From NCBI GenBank assembly GCA_016867415.1, contig VGJO01000002.1, positions 118,472-182,471 on the forward strand: DNA of 64,000 bases, written 5' to 3'. The stretch is from Candidatus Harrisonbacteria bacterium. Lineage in GTDB: Bacteria > Patescibacteriota > Minisyncoccia > UBA6257 > UBA11618. Made by a program: the position numbers and the translations under genes. A model generated the notes under the pieces. The model was not told the DNA's origin. It searched no databases and saw nothing but the letters and a program-made list of their open reading frames with translations. Of this stretch, positions 57,645 to 64,000 are shown piece after piece; the stretch's first letter is position 1; every line of letters starts with the position of its first letter.

Positions 57645-59375
57645 TTACTTAACTACCGCTCTAATACGTCTTATTCCTGCCCCCACCGCCTCGTCTTTCA
57701 CAATCTGAAACTCCCCCACCTCCCCTGTATGCGTCACATGAGGCCCCCCGCAAAATTCCTTTGAGATCGCCTCATCAAGACTTTTTCCTACATAATACAC
57801 CTTCACCCGCTCTGGATATTTTTCTTTAAAGAAATATAAAGCTCCCGTTCTCTTAGCCTCTTCTATTGGCATCTCTTCATATGAGACCAAGAGATCCTCA
57901 CTCACCATATTACGCACCCAAGTCTCCACCTGCCGCAGTTCCTCCTCGGTGAGTTTCCGAGGCGCCGCATAGTCAAATCGTAATCGCTCACTGGTAATAT
58001 CACTCCCTGCCTGCTTGACCTCTGGTCCCAGCACTTCCCGAAGTGCCGCCTGTAGCAAATGCGTCGCCGTGTGAAGCCGAGTCACCTTCTTCACCTCCTC
58101 CTCGCTCCCCGCCTTTAGCTCTCCTGTATCCAGGATTAATCCGTGCCCGCCAAACTTCTTTTCCATCCCCGCCTTTGACACCTCCCGATGCTTCTCCATC
58201 TCCGCATCAAATTCCGCTCGAGTAAAAGCCAGCCGCCCCTCGCCCCGGTCCTTGATCACTTCATAAGACAATCCATAGCTTTCATACAAACGAAAGGCTT
58301 CCTTCGCCCCGATCTTCATGATGCTAGCCATCTCCCGCAACCCTTTCCCTAGGCTTTTCTCAAACTTTCCCCGCTCTTTGGTGAGTACCTGAAAGGCCTC
58401 GTGTGCCCGCAAGTCATAGAGTCCCTTATATATCCCCTCAATCTGCTCAAAAATCTTTTCGTAAGGAATCTTTCGTTCCCGCGCCAAAACCCGTCGAATG
58501 AGCCGCCGCAAGACATAGCCCACCTCTTTATTCGATGGCATGACCCCATCGCTTATGAGAAAAAGAGCGCTTCGCAAGTGATCCGCAATCATCCGCTGCT
58601 CCCTCTCCTCTGTCACTTCTCCTCCTATCTCTTCCGCTATCTTTTGAAGCGGCCCTACCTCATACACCGATTTCTTTGCATTAATAATTGTTACGAGCCG
58701 CTCAAGACCCATCCCAGTATCTACTCCGGGACTTGAGAGATTCTCAAGACTCGCCTTCCCTGAAAGAAGCTCCTCCCGACTCCCTGAACAAAAAAACTGA
58801 TTAAAGACAATATTCCAGACCTCAATCCCATCCACATAGATCTCCGTCGTCGGTCCGCATGGACCATTCTTCCCCGTCGGCCCCCAAAAATTATCCTCCA
58901 TTCCCGAAAAATGGATCCGCTCCTCTGGTATCCCCATCTCTTCCCTCCAGATCCGAAAAGACTCCTCATCCCTCGGCACTCCGTCTGTCCCTTCAAAGAC
59001 CGAAACCTCGATCCGGGACACATCCACCCCTAATTCCTTCACAATAAACTCATACCCAAAGCGAATGCTTTCTTCTTTGAGATAATCACCAAAAGAAAAA
59101 TTCCCGAGCATTTCAAAAAAGGTGAGATGCGTATCATCCCCCACCTCATCGATATCACTCGTCCGAAAGCACTTCTGCGCCGACGCCACCCTCCGCCCGC
59201 CAAAATCCCGCATCGGATCCAGCTCCCCTGTATAATATTTCTTAAATTGCTGTACTCCCGCCGTAGTCAAAAGCACCGACGGATCATCAGGTAAAAGCGA
59301 AGACGACGAAACCACCCGATGCCCCTGCCGCTCAAAATACTCCAAAAATTTTTTCCTCACCAAAAAATAATCCAT
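57645..59375 (-). CDS. alaS: Alanine--tRNA ligase (short, no C-Ala domain)
   Basis: TFFEMLGNFSFGDY, GPCGP, DTGMGLERL, ADHLR, HTATHLL, EFCGGPH, GIRRI.A. Confidence 0.98.
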   Translation of the reverse strand: MDYFLVRKKFLEYFERQGHRVVSSSSLLPDDPSVLLTTAGVQQFKKYYTGELDPMRDFGGRRVASAQKCFRTSDIDEVGDDTHLTFFEMLGNFSFGDYLKEESIRFGYEFIVKELGVDVSRIEVSVFEGTDGVPRDEESFRIWREEMGIPEERIHFSGMEDNFWGPTGKNGPCGPTTEIYVDGIEVWNIVFNQFFCSGSREELLSGKASLENLSSPGVDTGMGLERLVTIINAKKSVYEVGPLQKIAEEIGGEVTEEREQRMIADHLRSALFLISDGVMPSNKEVGYVLRRLIRRVLARERKIPYEKIFEQIEGIYKGLYDLRAHEAFQVLTKERGKFEKSLGKGLREMASIMKIGAKEAFRLYESYGLSYEVIKDRGEGRLAFTRAEFDAEMEKHREVSKAGMEKKFGGHGLILDTGELKAGSEEEVKKVTRLHTATHLLQAALREVLGPEVKQAGSDITSERLRFDYAAPRKLTEEELRQVETWVRNMVSEDLLVSYEEMPIEEAKRTGALYFFKEKYPERVKVYYVGKSLDEAISKEFCGGPHVTHTGEVGEFQIVKDEAVGAGIRRIRAVVK

Positions 59376-59477
59376 AGAAACTTCCCTCAAAGATACCTCA
59401 ATCTACAGTCATTTTTCAATGTCTTTTAGAGAAATCCCCTTTAGACATTGCTAAAGATCGCAAGACATGTCGGATCC

Positions 59478-59770
59478 GCGAAGTAATTTTGGAGGATTTT
59501 TCGATTTTCTTTCCGAGTATGAGCCTCCACTACTAAAAGATAGTCTTATGCAATATAAAAACAATAGAATCAGTAGTGAAAATCAGAAAGAGGAACGATG
59601 AGCACAAGAGAGTATATCGAAGGCGATTAGTACTCTAATCGCCTGAAGATCCCGAGTACTCTTGGGGCAATCCATTCTGTGAGTACCGAGCACAGAAAAA
59701 AAATGAAAAGGAGCCTCCACAAGCAATAGTAGAAAATTAGAAAAGGTCAGCGACCCAAAATTACGAACAC
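59478..59770. repeat. Family-1 repeat expanded by several nested modules
   Basis: GAAGTAATTTTGGAGGATTTTTCGATTTTC start and GACCCAAAATTACG end; two GAGCCTCCAC modules; TACT-loop hairpins. Confidence 0.85.
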
Positions 59771-60991
59771 CTAAAAAGAATCAAAGAGCCACGCTTCTAC
59801 TCGCACATCTGGGAAAGTCAACTTCCTATCCTTTACTACCTCCAAAATATTCTCAATCCTCTCTCGTTGATCCGGATTCTCTATCTTAAGCCTCTCAAAT
59901 TCCTTTATATATACCCGCTCTGAATTATTCGGGGTGGTAAGAAATAAAAGCGTCTGAAAAAGGACAGCTACCGCCCGATTCGCTTCGAAAAGCGCCTGCT
60001 CCGGCTGATTATTTTTAAGAAATAGATCTGCCTGATCAAGGAAAAATTGTACCTGATCAATATTCTTTTTCATTGCTCCTTCCGTATCCCACTTCTCTGC
60101 CACCTTTAGCATTTCTCGAGAAAAACGAACGGCCCTAAGCTCCACCTTTTTTATCTCAATTGGCGCTCCAATCATTTTAATGATTTCAAGATTAAGACTA
60201 TCAAAAGTAGCTCGCTCAGCCTCAGAGACCCTGGCCCGAATTGCCACGAGAGCTTGCAGTTTCAAAAGCGGATCAAGATTAGCGGAAAGGAAAAGATTCT
60301 GTTCCTCCCGAGCAATCTTCAAAGCCCGATTAAGATAGCTAAGCATTTCCTCCGAAAGTCGTAAGAGCTCATATTGGTCAGCTGAGCTAAGGCCCGGCTG
60401 AATTGCCGCATCAATAAAAAAATTAAAAGCCGTTACTGCAAGCACCGGATTCGCTTCTTCTAAAAAAAAGACTCGATATTTCTCGCGCACGGTCTCCCCC
60501 GTCGTTCCTAAATCAAAGATAGCTTTAAGAAGCGCCTGCTTCTCTTTTAGCACTACCTCTCCCAAAGGGAGATTAGAAAAAACATCCACATTGGAGTAGC
60601 TAAGATCTAAGGCCTTTGCCTGGATAGCCGGCGAATATGACCTCTGTTTCAGAGCGGCAAACTTCGGCTGAAATGCTCTAAACTGATCTGCATACTGTCG
60701 CACCGCCACTCCCACTGCCTCGCTCCCTTCTGACATGATACCCGAAAGTTTCGTGACCTCCGCCTCCTTGTCTCTTAAGATCGAAAGCTCAAGCAAATTA
60801 CGCTTTTCATCCGAAAAAGTCGTCGCTCGGCGAATCCCCCGTCCCCACTCCTTAAAAAAGTAAAAAGGATTAGAGGGTAAAAGCCCCTCATCCCCCGGGG
60901 CTGCAAAGGTCGAGCCAGAAAAAACTAGAAGACACCCCAAAACAAGCAATGTCTGCTTTAAAATATTTGTAGTAAACTGACGTATACTCAT
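59771..60991 (-). CDS. Secreted DUF5667-like helical protein
   Basis: Signal peptide, then GLLPSNPFYFFKEWGRGI...TFS. Confidence 0.75.
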   Translation of the reverse strand: MSIRQFTTNILKQTLLVLGCLLVFSGSTFAAPGDEGLLPSNPFYFFKEWGRGIRRATTFSDEKRNLLELSILRDKEAEVTKLSGIMSEGSEAVGVAVRQYADQFRAFQPKFAALKQRSYSPAIQAKALDLSYSNVDVFSNLPLGEVVLKEKQALLKAIFDLGTTGETVREKYRVFFLEEANPVLAVTAFNFFIDAAIQPGLSSADQYELLRLSEEMLSYLNRALKIAREEQNLFLSANLDPLLKLQALVAIRARVSEAERATFDSLNLEIIKMIGAPIEIKKVELRAVRFSREMLKVAEKWDTEGAMKKNIDQVQFFLDQADLFLKNNQPEQALFEANRAVAVLFQTLLFLTTPNNSERVYIKEFERLKIENPDQRERIENILEVVKDRKLTFPDVRVEAWLFDSF

Positions 60992-61294
60992 GTGAGTTTT
61001 TATTATATCATATCCACCACAAAAATCAAGGAAAATCCCCCATTTTTTCATTCTGAACTTGATCTATAAAATATCCTCTCCAAAACTAAAAAACCTTATT
61101 TCACAAAAAAATTTTGACAGAAATAATAAATATTTTATGTTAAAAAATAATTATAACATAATAATGGAGAATAGGACAATTTCGCCAAAAGAATGGCCGT
61201 CTTTCACTCGTCCCTCCCTTCCTGCGACACCTCGCCACGGGATTTTTTATAAATAAAAGGGCTTAAGTGAAGTGAAAGACTACCAAAGGAGTAT

Positions 61295-61432
61295 GTCTTC
61301 GTTTCTGGGAAACGAAGAAAAGAAATATTAATTGTGTTCAATCAAAATTTCTTTGAAAAGATTGTAAATCTTTTGCTTACTCCTCCACTTTCCGCCCCGC
61401 CAATCTCGACATTACCAAAGAAATATTTTTTT
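61295..61432. repeat. Left half of a family-2 element downstream of rpoD
   Basis: CTTCGTTTC/GAAACGAAG, AAAAGATT/AATCTTTT, CTCCTCCAC..CCAATCTC..TACCAAAGAAA as at 23408-23520. Confidence 0.7.
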
Positions 61433-61439
61433 AAAACAA

Positions 61440-62810
61440 TTAATAGTCCTCCAACGTATAAGACTTTTCGTGGTTCTTAATCCGTTGCAGCGCCTTCGCC
61501 TCAATCTGCCGAATTCTCTCTCTCGTCACACCAAACTCCTTTCCCACCTCTTCCAAGGTATGCGTCACCCCATCATCGAGCCCAAATCGCATCATAAGAA
61601 TCTTCTGCTCTCGCTCAGTAAGATCTACTAAGACCTCCTTAATCCTTTCCCGAAGTAAGGACTGCGTCGCCGACTGCGCCGGGGTGAGACTGCTGTCATC
61701 TGGAATAAAATCCGAAAGCACCGAATCATTATCATCCTCATCGCCGAGAGGCGCCTCTAGTGAAATTGTATCCTGAGAAATCTGCTGGATATGATGGATC
61801 TTCTCCACTGGCATTCCCATTTCAATCGCTATTTCTTCCGGCAATGGTTCTCGGCCAAGCTCTTGAAACAACCGCCGCTTCGCCTGAGTATATTTGGAAA
61901 TAGTCTCCACCATATGCACTGGAATTCGGATTGTCCGGGACTGATCCGCTAGAGCACGAGTGATCGCCTGCCGGATCCACCAGTGAGCATACGTCGAAAA
62001 TTTAAAGCCTCTCCGGTAATCAAATTTTTCCACCGCTCTGGTAAGACCAATATTTCCCTCTTGGATAAGGTCAAGAATACTCAAATTCGGACTCCGATTG
62101 GCATATCGCTTCGCAATCGAGACCACAAGCCGCAAGTTTGCCTTGATAAATTGCCGTCGTGCTTCCTCATCCCCTCTCTCAATCCTTTTTGCCAACTCCT
62201 TTTCCTGATCAGAAGTAAGAAGATCTGTCTTACCAATAGATTTTAGATAAATCTGGACCGCATCTGGCAGACCCTGGAGCAGACGTTCGTCAGAAATATC
62301 CTCCATAGAAATCCTCGCTTCATCCGGCACCTCAATAAGCTGCGCCGTCTCTACTACTTTAATATTCATCCGCTCGAGCTCCTCATAAATTTCATCCAAG
62401 AAACCCACACTCATCTCAATATCAGGAAAAACACTCAAGACCTCCTGATCCGTCACAAAACCTCGGTCCTTGCCCCGATCAATAAGCTCTTCCAAATTTT
62501 TTTTCTTCTCCTGCTCCTTAGGAGTGAGTTTCATTCCTTCTACTCGCTCCAAAAAAGTCTTTTTTCTCGGCACCTCTTCTTTTGCCTTTACAACCGGTTT
62601 CTTGACCTGTTTAAGCTTTTTCAGCTCCTCCCCTTTTTTCGCCACAGCCAAAAATTTCTTCCCTTTGGAAGAAATTTTCTTCTTAATCACCACCTTCTTT
62701 TTCTTATCCTGAGTAGACCGAATTATTTTTTTAGAAGCAGCAATTTTTTTTCCTCCGCTTTTTTTCCCACCACTCCCTTTGCGAGACTTCACCTTGGTCT
62801 TTATAGACAT
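61440..62810 (-). CDS. rpoD: Primary sigma factor RpoD with a Lys-rich N-terminal extension
   Basis: [60 protein letters not shown]. Confidence 0.98.
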   Translation of the reverse strand: MSIKTKVKSRKGSGGKKSGGKKIAASKKIIRSTQDKKKKVVIKKKISSKGKKFLAVAKKGEELKKLKQVKKPVVKAKEEVPRKKTFLERVEGMKLTPKEQEKKKNLEELIDRGKDRGFVTDQEVLSVFPDIEMSVGFLDEIYEELERMNIKVVETAQLIEVPDEARISMEDISDERLLQGLPDAVQIYLKSIGKTDLLTSDQEKELAKRIERGDEEARRQFIKANLRLVVSIAKRYANRSPNLSILDLIQEGNIGLTRAVEKFDYRRGFKFSTYAHWWIRQAITRALADQSRTIRIPVHMVETISKYTQAKRRLFQELGREPLPEEIAIEMGMPVEKIHHIQQISQDTISLEAPLGDEDDNDSVLSDFIPDDSSLTPAQSATQSLLRERIKEVLVDLTEREQKILMMRFGLDDGVTHTLEEVGKEFGVTRERIRQIEAKALQRIKNHEKSYTLEDY

Positions 62811-62875
62811 TATCCGCATTATGCTAGTCTACATCCTCTTTGTCAAACATATTGCAATAAAAAATAATCTTATTT

Positions 62876-63017
62876 AGCAGAAAGTTTTCCGAGGATTTTT
62901 TCCGAATGGCTAGGCGCCTTTGAGCATTGCGACCAAGATGTACATAGAGGAAGTACTTCGCGGGAGCAAGCGGAGAAGGCAACAACGCCATTCGGAAAAA
63001 AGACCGAAAACTATAAA
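62876..63017. repeat. Family-1-like long hairpin abutting the dnaG stop
   Basis: AGTTTTCCGAGGATTTTTTCCGAATGGC / GCCATTCGGAAAAAAGACCGAAAACT; GTAC..GTAC apex. Confidence 0.75.
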
Positions 63018-64000
63018 TTATTTCACGGTTTTCTTTATTCTCTCAAACTCCTTTAATTTTTTCATAAGCTCCTCTCCTCCTCCCCGTTCCTCGAGCTCTC
63101 GAATCTTTCCTCGTAATACAAAAAGCTGCCGTTTCATCCTATCCTTAGCAAGAAGCTTTTCAAGCATCACAAGCGTCATCTTCCGCTCATCTTCTCCCAA
63201 ACTCCCATTCACATACGTTGCCTGAAGCAAATCTTTTTCGGAAAGTCGAGAAAGATCCTCCACCTCCTCTCCTATAAGCTCTCCTCCCAAATCCTTCACT
63301 CGCGCCATAAGAAACAATCTCCTATCAGTCACTCCTTCATCCCGACTTTCTTTTTGTTTTACTTCATCATAAAAAGATTCGTCTTTCACTTGATCCTTAC
63401 CTAATCGTTTTACCTCTTCCTTGAGCGCTTCAAGTGACACTCCTGTCCGCGCCGCCACCTCCTTATACCACTCCTCCTGATCAATCGCCGATGCTAATCC
63501 TTGGATCCGAGAAAGGATTATGGTAAGCCCCTCTTTCTTTTTCTTTTCATCCTGGACAATATCACTGCTCAGATACTTCGCAAAAAAATATTCCTTCGTC
63601 GAAACCGCCTCTTTTAATTTTTTCTTGAGCTCTCCTGGCGCTTCTTTCACCATCTCCGCCGGATCTTTTCCCGAAAAAGAAATCACTTTGACAGCAAAAT
63701 CCAACGAATGCGCTAAGTCAATCGAGCGCTCCGCCGCCTTCTGCCCGGCCGCATCCATGTCAAAACCCAAAAGAATTTTATCCGTCATTTTTTTCAAAAT
63801 CCGCAATTGCTCAAGCGTCAGTGCCGTCCCTGATGACGCCACCACATTCTTCACTCCGTCTTGATAGCTCATAAGCACGTCCATCTGCCCCTCGACAATC
63901 ATCACATACCCCCAATCCTTCACATGCGGCTTTGATTTGTGATATCCATACAAAATCCGCGACTTTTTATACGCCAATGTCTCCGGCGTATTCACGTACT
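63018..64000 (-). CDS. dnaG: DNA primase (5' part outside the window)
   Basis: Y.NTPET, VEGQMDV, VASSGTALT, FDMDAAG, KDP TOPRIM motifs. Confidence 0.97.
   Translation of the reverse strand, partial: YVNTPETLAYKKSRILYGYHKSKPHVKDWGYVMIVEGQMDVLMSYQDGVKNVVASSGTALTLEQLRILKKMTDKILLGFDMDAAGQKAAERSIDLAHSLDFAVKVISFSGKDPAEMVKEAPGELKKKLKEAVSTKEYFFAKYLSSDIVQDEKKKKEGLTIILSRIQGLASAIDQEEWYKEVAARTGVSLEALKEEVKRLGKDQVKDESFYDEVKQKESRDEGVTDRRLFLMARVKDLGGELIGEEVEDLSRLSEKDLLQATYVNGSLGEDERKMTLVMLEKLLAKDRMKRQLFVLRGKIRELEERGGGEELMKKLKEFERIKKTVK

Noticed and set aside
615-63017. Repeat families as a CRISPR array
   Set aside because: Copies are dispersed, long and diverged. There is no repeat-spacer periodicity and no cas genes.
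1-64000. Alternative genetic code, introns/inteins, prophage or transposase
   Set aside because: Conserved genes are intact under code 11. DnaE and GyrB have normal lengths. No integrase, transposase or phage gene cluster was recognised.

Overview
This window is a chromosomal segment from a genome-reduced bacterium, most likely Candidate Phyla Radiation/Patescibacteria (Parcubacteria-like), using standard code 11. The taxonomic call is an inference from domain-trimmed housekeeping proteins, no rplA after rplK, no rimM in the rpsP-khpA-trmD operon, a DUF5667-like gene, a pilin-like gene and scarce Shine-Dalgarno motifs. Nearly all genes lie on the minus strand. They include ribosomal proteins, aminoacyl-tRNA synthetases, dnaE, gyrB, smc, mreBCD-pbp2, murA, rpoA, rpoD, dnaG and four tRNAs (Val-CAC, Met-CAT x2, Pro-GGG). 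One AT-rich operon encodes secreted orphan proteins (9.0-15.6 kb). The most striking feature is non-coding. Most intergenic spacers hold members of at least two dispersed families of long, covarying, structured repeats. All copies share one orientation and most sit right against stop codons. Shorter modules are nested inside them, inside ORFs and around a tRNA 3' end. No transposase is visible in the window.
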